Origin: Raillietiella orientalis
Taxonomy: Eukaryota
DNA: 64,000 bases
Reading direction: 5' to 3'
NCBI GenBank assembly: GCA_036172245.1
Contig: JAYWIR010000015.1
Span: 3,410,001 to 3,474,000, forward strand
Positions 51,784 to 64,000 of the stretch are shown here, piece after piece. A program made the position numbers and the translations under genes. Under the pieces are notes generated by a model that saw only the letters and a program-made list of their open reading frames with translations, was not told the DNA's origin and did no database searches. Within the stretch, counting starts at the first letter, position 1; each line of letters starts with the position of its first letter.

Positions 51784-52460
51784 TTTTTCACCCGGTCACA
51801 CCGGAACATTTATGTAGGCCAGCTGGGGACACAGTTCCCAAAACAAAAACAAAAAAAAAAAGTTCAAGGGGAGCGTTTACAAGTCGGTTCACAGGATAGT
51901 CCAGAGTGGCAGGGTGGTGACAAGGGTCTATGCTGTTGGACGTTCCTGGCTCCATATAAAGTGGGGTGGCTCCCTCTCGCGTCTTGGCGGAGAACCCGCA
52001 AAAACTTCCCCAGACTGGAAGTCTGCGGTAAAATTGTAAACCTCTGGTATATGAGTTGAAAATATGCGGCGATGCGGTAAGGAGTCCGTTCAGGAGGCAC
52101 ACAGATGGAGTTGAGCATGCATCGACCACACTGAGGCTGGGACGCCGGGCAATGTAAGGAGCAGGAGAAAGAATTCTGATTGTCGGACCAGGTAAAGAGC
52201 CTGGCTATGCACTTCGGCTATGCAGCAGTGTCGTAGAACTTGTAGAAAGAAATTCTGGGGAAAACAAGACAGGTAGATATCAAGTACAGCCCCTGGTATT
52301 TTCAACGATGAACCAGAGGGCTAAACTGTGAAACGGCGATCTAATTCCCTGTTACGTGTTCCCGTGGCCTGCCGAATGGACAAGAATACCTGTATGGGAG
52401 TAGAACAGCTGCGGCGCAAAGTACCATGAGAGGAACTCAAACCTAGGGTGGGGACTCAAG
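51784..52460 (-). mobile_element. 3' end of a Tx1/L1-like element
   Basis: Zinc-finger remnant YSCPFG; terminal CATAAA-TGTT-CCGG-TGTGA-CCGGGTGAAAAA. Confidence 0.5.
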
Positions 52461-53299
52461 CTTTTGTGTAGCCTGAGAGAATTCCTAGCTTTGTTTTCGC
52501 TATTGAGAATGCTCACAAATGTAACCATAGTGTGCAGACTTGGAACAGCGGCAGCTGCGGTCTGGGTTTACGGAAAGGAGATAGGTCACACGCGCTGTTT
52601 TGTCTTGCGCTGCCATTTTGCTGTGAATGTAGCTGCTCCTTCTTCCTTTGCTCACGTCCGAACTGATGGATTTTGAGGCGCACGCAGTGCTCTTCTGCTT
52701 CCGTTGCAACCGTCGTGTTTCCTTATTGTTTCAGATTTCCAAGGCAACGAATGACGTTTGGGAGCGACGGACAGCAAAGACCTCTGAGGAGCTGCAACGT
52801 AGACTGTTGGCGGACAATGGGACACCTTAGATCCTGCACTGGCCAAGTCTGTTCCATGGTGTCCGAATCGGACCAAGAATTCACACAGCTCTCCCAAGAG
52901 TTGCACTTGAGGGCCACATAGTGCAACACGTGTGTGCCCTGAGCAGCACGCTTGCGTTTTGATGAGTAATAGTTCACAAACGCATTCTCTTCCACGGAAA
53001 CCTTGAATAGACTCATGCTATTCAGGCAGTAGGGAGGCAGAATCGAAGGTCATGATGGCAGATAGGAAAAACCATATGAGGCCCTAGGAGAGATGTCCCA
53101 GCAACAGGAAAAAATAAAACCCTTCTGGTGATCGCCATTCATTCCACTGAGGACACAACCACGGAAAAAGGGGGAGAATAAAGTCTCAAGAGACATACAG
53201 AGGGGGGAAGGTATGAACCGACCTCAAGGTAAGACTGATGCCGGATTAAGGATCCAAATAGGGAAAGGAACGGAAAAAGATGTGACAGCTTATCACAAC

Positions 53300-54650
53300 C
53301 GTTTTTCTAGCTTATCACTCGGCCATTGTCCTGAGACTCGGTACACTTTCGCGTGCCAGTTTGTGCCACATTGTAACTTAGCACGATGAGCACTCCATGT
53401 AAACAAGGTGAGGGGCAGCAGTTGGCAGGTAAGTAACGGGGTCGTTTGTGTGAAGACGCGAAGCTCTACAATAGTAAACGGGAAGCCGGAGTCCTGCATA
53501 AGAGGGGTCCTCGAAGGCACTCACATACCTCCGGCAGTCAACGGATGGTTGCTGGCATTCTCACTCGCCCCGATGTCTTTGCCGGCTATTCAATTAGATC
53601 CGATGACCACATCCGGGTGCGTTGTTCTTCAGACGAACTGTGACTTAAGAACGCCTTCGACTACGAACGCCAAAGGTGCAAACTCGGTAACTTCTCTGCC
53701 GATATCTCTCTGCATTGGGGAGCGTATAGTCTATGAGGGGAAGTAGGGAAGAGGCTGCGCAAGGGAAAACGGTGAGCCACTGTATGGGCCTCCCCTATTT
53801 CGCTTCTCGGTGCTCAGAAAGCTTTCAGCAGCCTCCTTAGATCACGTTGCAGCGTTTCCTTATCAACGCGAACAGGTAAACCTGGTGCATTGGTTCACTG
53901 AACTCGGATTGCGCTTCAAGATTAATGTCAAAAAATCGAAACTTTTGTCCATTTGTCCACCATTTGTCCTCAGCATCCTGACGAAGCAGTTTCCGAGTGA
54001 CGGACTGCTCCATCCTATACCGGAGAATCCACATTGGAGACACCTCGATGGCTAAAGTCCAGTGATGGGAGATCTGGAGAAGCAGAAAACAAGTACAGCC
54101 AAATCGACCTCAGCTTCGAACAGGACAACTTGTGGAGCGGCGTGCTGCTTCCCAAAATCCTACACGGAGTGGGCTTTTTATACCCAATGAGGCAGGGACT
54201 AGGACGTCTGCCAAGGGTCGAACGCAATCAGGATGTGGAGCAACTATCGATTTCGGGTAAAGCTCACACACACCTGTCCTCCGAGGGACGGAGATGGCAT
54301 CGGAACGAAGTCTATTGAGTAGACGATCCAGCTCGCCAACTGGGATGGAAAACACGAAGAGCTGAGATGCATGGTCTTAGGTTTCTTTGAAGGCTTACAG
54401 AAAGTCGCTGCACAGATCCGGCGTCATGATGACACCTCAGCTGACGATAAAGGTCAGTGGACGGACCTCGACCCTATATGGCCAAGTAAAAGAAATCTGG
54501 ACAAAAATAAAATCTAAACATTAACTGGCTCCGAGTTTTACCTGGATGCAGAGAGCTCTGAGATATGAAAAATAAGCCTTGGTGATTCCTAGAATCATCT
54601 TAGTCTCGTAAGTAGCGAAGCAGTGGATCCACCAGAGGTTGCAACTAAAG
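53300..54650 (-). mobile_element. Decayed L1/Tx1-like RT
   Basis: AI*GRGPS/PLTFIV (G.RQG.PLSPL.F), ELDRLLNRL, PCRILG. Confidence 0.55.
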
Positions 54651-54723
54651 CTACGACACTAGCAACAGTTTGCAACGAGCAGAAATTGTCGCGAGATGAG
54701 ACTGTTCCAGTTAATGAAGCAGA

Positions 54724-55480
54724 TTTTCACCCGGTTACCCCGGTTGTTTATTTAATAAAAATAAACAAAGTTAGGGCCATATTTCCGGAAATAAAAACAA
54801 AAAAAAGGGTTCAGCGACATGCAGACCGTCTTCTTGGGCAGTCCGAAGCAGAAGGGAACAAAAATAAATAAATAAAGGGTGGATGGGGGACAAAGGTCTT
54901 TGGCTTGAGACGCTTCTTGCTCAGTAATGGCACAGGAGAGATCTCGGACTTTTCTTCCAGGTGAGGTCACCTCGAAGCCGTCCTCATAAAAGTGGTTGCC
55001 ATGAGGGTAGCCTCCTTTCCCTGTGCCCCAGACTCCAGCACGTGGTGGGCTCTGGTAATGGAGCGAATGCAACATGCTGTCTCAATCACGGCGCTTGTCG
55101 CAACTCCGCCTTGCGCGAAGAATCGCCGAAGTCCCTGGCAGTCTTCAGTGTGCAGAAGCTCTGAAGTCAGACTCCGCAAAACTTCCTGGAGGGCAACGCA
55201 GCTCAATAAGAGATGAAGGAAGGAATCAATCTCTTCACACCATAAACAGTGGGAGGACGTGGCTTTCCGCAAACCAAGTTGCTACGCTGGTTGTACTGGA
55301 AACCCCAGCATGAAAGCAGCAGCACACCGAGTTTCCACCTACGGAGTTGTTTATGCACGAAGGAAGTACTGCAAGTTCTTCATCGAAACAGCTCCAAATT
55401 GATTTTGAGTTTAGCTGTTGACGGTCCAATTGTGTTGACATCTGGACCGTTGGACCACCAATTTCCATGGTGAATGATGT
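54724..55480 (-). mobile_element. 5'-truncated Tx1/L1-like element (zf-RVT plus 3' UTR)
   Basis: CLWCEEIDSFLHLLLSC CCHC finger, clearly homologous to the 62-kb copy (AVIETACCIRSITRAH vs AVIATVCCTRAIDKAH); terminal AATAAA stem-loop. Confidence 0.8.
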
Positions 55481-56574
55481 CTCACCTCTGCTACTTTCTG
55501 CCCGGGTGACTCTTTCTCCTCTTGATGAGGAGTTCATATGAAGATAAAGATTCGGAGAGTCTTGATATCCATTGTCTGATGTTCGAACGGCTCCTAGCAC
55601 TAAATTTACTCAAATTATTTGATCTAAATATGATCTTTTTTTGAAGTTAATTTGCATTTGGCGAATATTATCATCTGGATTTTGCCATTTCATGTCATTC
55701 GTTTCATTAGATGGATTAGACTGAGGCAGAGGATTAACATTATTTGTCTGGTTCATCATATCACGTCTTGTAGGTACAGTGTTATTAATTAGTTGTCGTG
55801 TTGTGGTCGGCTTGGAGTATTTCCTCTCTACCCCCCTCTCCTGTCTCTGTGACCTAGTGTTTTGAGTAGACAGGGTGCTGAAGTTAATTGTTATATGACC
55901 ACTATGTAATATATGACATGACCGTTGTTACATGACATTGTTATATGGCAACAGCTTCTATATTTGTCAAAGAAGTAACGCAGTTATTACTTCTGATCGA
56001 AGTCAAGAGCAAATGTCGTTGTATCTATCTACTGAATCAGGACATGGGGCAATTTGATGACATTTTGTGCTGTCATGACTTCTACATTTGCATGAAGGGA
56101 CTAACTCGGGAAAGACATTTTTCCGTTTTCAGCATCAGAAGGGAACAGAAAATGCGACCATGTTCAATCCAATGTCTGTGTTTCTTTGGACTGCTCTCAG
56201 CTCTCTCACGAGTCAAAAAGGCACTCGGTTCTCGCAATCTTTCGGGGGCTGTCACTGATGAGAACTGGTTCTGCTCATCAAATATTCTCAGAATTCACCT
56301 TATTGCTCCTTCGGCACGATTGTGGATGTATCTGAATACGCACCATGATGACCATTCTTATTATTACTAATGGGTGATGGTTGCATGGATCCTTCCTTCG
56401 ACAATCGTGATGAAAGCAAAGCGAATGTTACCGGCTAATCCTTCATTCTCCCTCTGTTCATGGGATGCACATTCAACTTCCACGATGAGACTTTTGCTTC
56501 AAATTTCTGGTTTGCCGCCTTATCTTTCAAGCTGCTTTGCTCTACACATTTAGAATGCGGACTTCTAACTGAAA

Positions 56575-56614
56575 CTGTTCTACTGCATCATTAGCTGTTC
56601 TACTGCATCATTAG
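56575..56614. repeat. Exact 20-bp tandem duplication
   Basis: ctgttctactgcatcattag x2. Confidence 0.95.
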
Positions 56615-56649
56615 TCTGGTCTGATGTTCTCTCCACGTGGATACTGTCC

Positions 56650-58000
56650 AAGATTTTAGATACTGCAATTCCTTCCATAGAAGACGAAGGTGTTGATTGA
56701 TATTATTGGAATGAAGAATTCAGTAGATGTTGGCTGAGAATGCAACCACTGATACAATGCACTAACCCTAGTGATGCCGGTCATGTGAAAGGGTTTCACA
56801 CGTAAGAAAGGAGAGATGCAATCTATCAGGAAACCACTTCCTGACGGGAAGTGTCAAAAGTAGCTTGCGGCAGTGGAACCCGAATCAAAGGCATCGACCT
56901 GATAGGTTGACCAACAAGAGAGGCATGCGCTTTCACAAAGAGGATCCTGTAGTATCAATAAAGCATTGCTGAGAACATGAGAGAAATGCGTTCATTTTTA
57001 TCCTAAGAAAACATTATCGTTATACATACATACAACATCATTATATGGAAACTCATTCCAGTCTGAATTTATGTGCGTAATTTTGATGATGAAACTCCAC
57101 AGCCTGAAAGGAAATCATCAAGATGACTTCTGGAAGCATTAACTCATCTAAACTATCATGCGCAGTTCTGGAAAATGTTGTGCAGTCTCTATGATCTTTT
57201 GGCAACAGTTTGCCCACACAGCTTAGAAAGTAACCGTTCTTTAGAAAGAAACGCAGGTGACACCTCCTAACATTTCTTAGAACATCAGCAATTGTAGACC
57301 TTCCCATGCTTGCTTGCGAGCACCTGTGACAGTCGGTCAAGCAGAAATTCCGGAGCCGCACATATGTCTTGCCAACAACTTGCCTGGGGATATACACGAC
57401 TTGCCTTCTCAGACCTGCCTAAGTAGTCGGTAAGAAATATGATTGGGATTGGACTCGCAAAAGCCTACAAGCGACGAAAGAATCATAATCCAAGGCACCT
57501 GGTCGAGCTTGCTGTTCTTGGTGCCTCTTTGCTCATCTTCATCCTGGATGTCCCGGCCAATTTATTTGTAGCAAACCAATCAAATGCCACAAAATGTCGG
57601 ACTGCATCTGAGTTGGGTCGAAAGAGCTCGATCCTCACGCTGGGAATTTCTTGGAAGAGGGTGGAGCGTAGATTGGGGGACCAGCATTATGTCATTAGCT
57701 CTTCAACTCTTGAGAGTCTTGAGAACCTGTGCCTTGGAGGAAATGGCGATGTTGTTGTCGGTGAGTCCCAAGCGTTTTCCGCGATTGTTCTGAGGCTTCT
57801 TCTTCTGTATCCCTCAAGATGAAACCAAATCGAATGACACTTATTATAAGGACGGTGGCGAACACGGAATAGTCCCTGATGCAGACTACTTGACTATCCG
57901 TTCTCGTTGCCATCGTTTTTCTCAGGTTTTCATCGAGAAAGCAACTGGTGAAGCCTTTTCCAATGGAGGTGTCTGAAAGCATCTTTAGGAACGTTTCATG
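56650..58000 (-). mobile_element. Decayed LINE RT
   Basis: MGRSTIAD (GRST.D), ISYRLLRQV*E, LQDPL (PQGS-like). Confidence 0.45.
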
Positions 58001-58799
58001 CCTTTAAAGGTGCATTCCCGTTGACTCTGCATCCTTGCTCATTCGAATAACTCGTGACTATGGGGCCTCTATGATGCTGCAGCAAGCAAACTTCTAGAGG
58101 GTACTCTTCATGGAGGTGTGATCCTGCTGCTCGTAAAGCGGTATGCCACAGTGCACCACCGGTGCAAGATCCCAGTACACCAAAAGGAAGATTGAAGCGT
58201 CCGCGATGGAAACTCTCAAAGCCGAATACTCCTTAAAGAGTGTTAATAAGTCTTCTCAACCTCTATGCACCCTGGATGCCTGGCGCGCATCTCTGCTGAT
58301 ACCAGTCGCAACAGGCACTTGATCTCTGTATCCTCAAATCCTGACATGGTGCCTCCCATGCCGCACAAGTCTGTCTTCCTCTGCTCAGATTCAGGAAGGA
58401 TAGCACGGCATCGGCAGATATGAGGATGGACATGAGTTTGTGTCTCGTCCAGAAGTTGTCATCCCTGACTGGCGAATGCAACTCCTATTAGAGACGCTGG
58501 GTCATTGCAAGCAAATCCGCGCGTTCAATGCCATCGGCATTCCTGTTTTAAGAAGTTATTTTCCAGTAGCACTGCAATTATGAATAGGCGAATAGTCCAA
58601 CTCAGATTCACTATGAGCCGCCATTTGCGTGGGAGTGAAGAAAAAAGTGAAGTAAGAGGAAACGGTTGGTTTTCATCCGTTTCTTTTTCTTTTTTTTTTT
58701 TTTTGAAATTCTAGATTATTCCGACTGTTTTCCTTTTAATAGTGGATGACTTCACATTCGTGACGTCCACAGTAAGATTTTATGCGTGGGGGGCCTCGG

Positions 58800-60400
58800 T
58801 TTTGGCAAATGGCAAAATCGAAGGAAAAGAGGTTTCTGTCGACTATTCAAGCTTGCTGAATGCTTGCATACTTCAGAGAAGTCTATGCTGCTGCTAACCA
58901 TAAGGGCGGAACTAACAAAGCCAACAGAATGTTTAAATGTTCAGTGGAGGTTTCACACGCAAATTGGAAGGAACACATAACTGTTTTCCAGTGCACTCCA
59001 AGACTGCGAGAAGAGAAACCATCCACTTTTTTTACCGGCATCGTGCTGTAAAGCATTTGCACACTTCGGTTATCTGTCACCAACTGTCTAACAAGAAGAA
59101 AGGATATCTTTCTCAAATCAATATCCAGTTCGAGATGGCTGACTCATTGGTCCATTCCTTCCCCATTAAAATGCTGACATGTTTCCTGAGGTATGCTGAT
59201 GGTAATACCTTTGTAGCGGGTGTGGTGAATCATTGAACCCATATTACTATCAACCAAGTCATTGAGTAAGGAAGCAGAAGAGTGTTTTCCTTAGCAAATG
59301 CAACTATCAGGTGCCCTTTCAAATGAAGTAGCTGTCATGTATAAACACATTCTTTGAGTGTGATGGGCTCCTCCTTCACGTGGAAATCAAACTCCAGCAG
59401 CTTCCCAAATTGGTCGATGGATTTATGGGTTACCCTAAATTTTATACTTCTTATTATGGCGGTCCTATCTCAATTCGAAATCCCTATTAATTGTTCAGCT
59501 GATACAGAAGCGATGTGAGCTTTAAGTCTATGTGTGAGAGAAGTGGTGTAATGCTCCGCTAAAAGTCCATACTCTTCGTCTCTTAGACATGATGTTTCTG
59601 TTCGTAAAGCCCTCAGCATGCCGTGTGTTGCAAGAAAAGTACCCATATAGCAGGGTTCATGGACCACGCTCCCTTCCCAAGTAAAAGTGCTCTTATTTTG
59701 CTCTCATTTCCCATAAATCAGTGCAGGTAACACGCGGCATGGCTGCTGCTGCGCGATTCGAATCGGAAAGATAAACATTAGCAGCGTCCACTAGTCATTC
59801 GGGATCATTTTATCTCAAAAACTATAAATCCTGATCCACGATATCTTTGGTCTGTGGTATTCCGTTTTAGAGCCTGCAATTATGGATGGTTCATAAGAGG
59901 GTATTGCGACTTCATTGGAAAATGTGCTGGTGTTGCACAATACATCTCATGGGTGTCTGCAGCCATCGAGAATAATTTTCTGGAATTTCCAAGTACTCGC
60001 GATTTTCCCTTCTGAAATCATCAGAAACGAATTGCAGAAAGTGTCCAAATCACTATTCATAGGATTGTAACACTGGTGATGCTCCCGCAGCTGTTACAAA
60101 AATCGTACTGTACACGCAGCCATATTTGGCAAAGTGAAGATTGTTCTTGCACCGTTCGTTTGAACTTTTGCATCAGTCCATTCTCCATACAAATCATCAA
60201 CCTTGTGGCAGTTTTCATTCTGTTGCTGAGGGTAACGGGAAAAATTCGCTTTTTTTTTTTTGGCGTTGCTCTTCGTCTTCATGACGACCAAAGTTGCAGA
60301 TTTCATCCCCGCTCGAAACTGACCACACACTTGTAAAGTAACGTCTCCACATTTCAATGGCGGCTCTTACGCGCGTGATGTTCCAGAAAAGTCCTAGGGA
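58800..60400 (-). mobile_element. Decayed Penelope-like element RT
   Basis: YMGTFLATHGMLRALRTETSC (YGLPK.HK..PLRPI.S), YLRKHV (RYVDD position), KISFLLV...YSTMP (I.FLD / VY.KPT). Confidence 0.5.
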
Positions 60401-60879
60401 GAAGAGATCTGAACGGGCGCGGGATCATCTGCTCTTACTGCTGCATCCTTGGAACTTCAGGATAGAAGTAAAGAGGCGCAACAGAGTCCAAGTTTCCATC
60501 AAAGTGTTCCTGGTGAAGAAGTGCAATTTACAAAGAACAGAAAGTTTGTTGCCTTGTCTGCAAAACGCAGTAGGTGGACTGACGAATAACTACGAATGTG
60601 TGACGTGAATAGGTGCGACAGAGGAGAAATGGATGACTGAGTACCCACGGTGTAGCGCCAGGAACAGTCCAGGTCAACTCGTAGGTACCAACCAGGAAGA
60701 AAATTGCATTAGTAATTATTTAAGATTTTGTTAGTATGTGTGTTGGTAGTAACGGTTAAATGTAAAAGTTGAATCGGAGAGCGGAGGGCAGCTTTCAGAA
60801 TTCGTGGAATTAGTAGACACTGCATTGAATGCTAGTAGAATTAGTTTTGCTTTTTAGAAACAACCTTGTTAGTGTGTTC

Positions 60880-61500
60880 TTCTCTGTCTTCAACAGTAGT
60901 CATCTGCAGGATCTGACGATGGATCCACAGAGCGAGTGTTGAGCCATCGAATTCCTTCGTATTGCTTCGGGTTGATGAGAGTCGAGTATCAAAATCACTC
61001 CAAGAATGTTGGTATCTGTAAAAACGTAGAAAGATGATCTTCAGGGTTTTTTCTTCTTCCTGCGTTCGAATCATTCCGAAGAGCAAAATTGCGAGCATGG
61101 TGCTGTGATCCATGTACAGACGAACTCCGCATGGAGATCGTTGGCCTCGAGTTTCAGGTACTCGGTTCCATCGCTCCCTCCCTCCCCAAATGCTCATCTG
61201 GAGGAATGTTTCGAATCTCCTTCTGTATCCGCTCCACATCTTCTGTGCCCATTCCACCTATGCATCGCACAACCAGATGTCTTTTTGCGACCTAGAGCCT
61301 GAGCAGCAGCACGGGCTGATCCCTGAGTATGCAATGAGTCCGTGGTCACTCTGCGGATGAACTTCAAGCCGATTTGGCCGGATGCTGCTACTAAGCAGAA
61401 AATGGTAAACGGTCCATACAGTTCGGAAGGGTTGCTGAAAAGGAAAATCCGAGCGCATCATCTAATTCGTGTCCTCGCCCTATGCTTTTAAGAACTGTCG
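60880..61500 (-). mobile_element. L1-like ORF2 linker fragment
   Basis: RSRSQK..., IFLRFYRY (F..FY..L). Confidence 0.35.
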
Positions 61501-61795
61501 CTTGTTTTCAATTGGGACTGGGATGAAGAAGAAATTGCCTGTTTCATTTCGTCAAAGCTGCTGATCGGGAACTGAAACCATTGCCAAGATACATCAGGAG
61601 GTGGCTGAGCGTGTGAGGATCACTATGACTTCTCAGCTTAGTAATACTGAGGTGCATCGACACCAAAAAACACCCCCATGAAGAAAGTGCAATCAAAAAC
61701 TCTGAGCCTATCAGTGGAGTCGATTATTTAATTTTGCAATTTATATTAAGACTGTACGCCCGGTAGTAGAGGTAGCGCACAGAAAAACCGCTCTG

Positions 61796-62693
61796 TGGAC
61801 TCGCCTGGCCTTCGCGCCCCTCCCGACGCGCTGTCAGCCCTCAGGGCAAGTGATGACAGCTGCCTACCGGTGAGGTGGGTCGCCTGCACCATCGTAGGAG
61901 CAACCCGACCCATGGGCGGATGGAAGGCTAGCGAGCTGGCGGACACCGCCACGCCTCGCAACATCCCGACGGGACTCCTTCGGTGGAGCGAATATTTGAG
62001 TGTGCCCCCCGAAGAACTTGTGGTCCCTCCCTCCTGTTTGAACACTTCCCCATTTCTTGGAAGCAGGATGTCATCATGCTGGTGCATGCAACCAGCGGAC
62101 GAACCGTGTTTCCGGGGGGAGTTGTCTCCCCGAACTGTAAACGGTGCGGGGACGTGGAAACGCTGCCGCACCTCCTCTTGGACTGCGGTGTCCTCCAAGG
62201 ACTGTGGAGGAGGCTGCACTCAGCTCTCCTGCTCCAGGGGGACACCGCAAGGGATTTGATGCTCCCCTTCACTCCAGGCGACCTGTCCTTAGGTGCTGTC
62301 ATCGCAACGGTCTGTTGCACCCGCGCCATCGACAAGGCCCACCGAGAGCTGGAGAAGCTGGCGATTCGTCGACAGGCCACCGGAATAGCCGGCGTGAACA
62401 TGGCGTCGGCTGCCGAGTGGGCCCATCTTCCAGAGGACGTTAGGAGCTAGATCACCGACATCCATAGCCAGTTCTGAAGGAAAGGAACGGCCCAAACCAA
62501 AGACCCCTGGCCCCTCCCCTCCCATATCTTTATTTCTATTTTTTTATATGTGTATTTGTGGTCCCCTCCCTCCCTTTCGGCTCACCGATCTGCGTGTCGG
62601 GGATTCCCCCCTTTGTTTTCTCTGTGTCCTTTGTCCGGGAACTCTGTTCCTGGATAGTTTAGCAATAAACGCCCCGGCGCACCCGGGTGAGAA
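61796..62693 (+). mobile_element. Young 5'-truncated Tx1/L1-like retrotransposon with 17-bp TSD
   Basis: CKRCGDVETLPHLLLDC zf-RVT, stop at 62450, T-rich 3' UTR, AATAAA at 62664. Flanked by identical ACAGAAAAACCGCTCTG at 61779-61795 and 62694-62710. Confidence 0.9.
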
Positions 62694-63029
62694 ACAGAAA
62701 AACCGCTCTGAAACCTGGAAACGGACTTGTTTTAACCACAGAGGAATGGCAGCAAAATTCCATCGTGTTGCTTTTCTACGCAACATGATAGAATTCTTCA
62801 AACAGAAGAATTTTGTGAATCTTGAGATCTGTTTTTGTATTCAAGTATTTCGTAGACTCCACAGTGCAGTAGTGACCACGTGACCAAGACTACACTCGTG
62901 CGCATATCACAAAGATAATCCCTATACACACGCATGAAGAAAGAAAACTGGGAGCAAAAGGTGGAGGATGCACAGAATAAAGTAATTACAAGGTGGGCGA
63001 AATAAAATTGCGCGCAATTACTCAAATAT

Positions 63030-63400
63030 GATCTCGGAAAATTTTATTCATCGGTGGATGCAGAACTCCTGAACTCGTGATTTTACAGGTCTCGCAGCAA
63101 GATTTGTGGGGACTCAGCTGTCCTTTTTGCATGTACATACCTTGCGCCTTCTGGATAAGTAATGGAAGCTCTGCGGTACTGCTCCTGCTGCAGAGGCGGG
63201 CTACCGTGGTCCTCAAAGAGCCCGTCTTCGTAAGGAGGCTGCAAGAGGCGGTCGTGAAAAAAGACTCGGACGAAAGGGCGGGTACTTGGATTGAGCCACT
63301 TCTCTGTGGGTAACACGTTGAGGGCATGTGGGGCGTCGCGTCGCTGTCACCATACGACGCCAAAGAGGAACTGACCCCACTCGCGTACAAAGGGCTCGTC
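63030..63400 (-). mobile_element. Possible Merlin/ISXO2 N-terminal remnant
   Basis: CYPQRSGSIQ...ESFFTTASCSL resembles C...SIR..SFF..S.LSL. Confidence 0.25.
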
Positions 63401-64000
63401 GGGATGAGTATTCATGATTGTTTCAAACTTCAGCATTCTGGATATCGCATATTCATTGACATGGTGTACAAGAAGGCTAATTAGCGTCCAGGCAAAACAA
63501 ACCTGTATTTCATCCAGGCTCAGTTCAAAGAAAAAAGTTTTAGTTTGAGTTACAAGAAGCTTTTAATGGAAGACAAGAAAAGCCTTTTATTATTGTGAGT
63601 TATTCATATTTACGAGTTCTTTATTAATAAGGAGAAAAAACGCTTAATAATAATGAGGTGACATGTGATAAATTCTTTTTATAAAGAGAAAAAAGAGACG
63701 GATTCATTTGCCATGAGGTACAGTCCCATAGGTGTACATCATCATGCGAGATAGATCATAACAGGACTCGCTGACAACGGACGCTCCAGAGATTTTCGAG
63801 TGGAAATATCTGTATCACAGAAGTACTGAGGATCCCGATTCTCAGATCCAGGAATCCGTGCTCCAGATCACCTGTGCGCCTAATGAAACACTCCAAGGGC
63901 TATTCGAATAGGGATGAATCCGATCGAAAAATAAGTGGATCGGGGAAAAAGATGGCCTCGTTGATTTGTTCCACAGGGAAGAATCCCAAGGATGTTTTTG

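Noticed and set aside
54700..55560. TSD for the 54.7-55.5 kb element
   Set aside because: Only a loose match (atgaagcagatt vs atgaagataaagatt); not convincing.
59120..59240. Plus-strand FLRYADG suggested an inverted Penelope RT segment
   Set aside because: The minus strand reads collinearly through the Penelope RT motifs here, so the plus-strand match is probably coincidental.

Overview
Eukaryotic (animal, most likely arthropod) nuclear DNA, largely a graveyard of decayed retroelements: many L1/Tx1-like and other LINEs, Ty3/Gypsy, BEL/Pao, Penelope-like, plus small DNA-transposon remnants. One intact host gene can be read: a six-exon, minus-strand sialidase-1 (NEU1, GH33) of about 389 aa at 33700-39243, with intron positions that match human NEU1 as I recall it. 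Notable extras: (1) a ~460 bp Wolbachia/prophage WO-derived insert at 49279-49735, which fuses a tail tape-measure fragment to an antitoxin-RelE toxin fragment and sits inside a dead LINE endonuclease; (2) a strong excess of unrelated perfect fold-back palindromes (arms 10-31 bp), mostly inside decayed elements; (3) a conserved 3'-terminal ATAAA-CCGG-N5-CCGGGTGA stem-loop shared by three Tx1/L1-like copies, one with a perfect 17-bp TSD; (4) a CpG-rich promoter-like block at 9-12.5 kb and an AT-rich, TE-free, 3'-UTR-like block at 44-48.6 kb. TE boundaries are approximate. Family calls come from motif recognition by eye, not from database searches.
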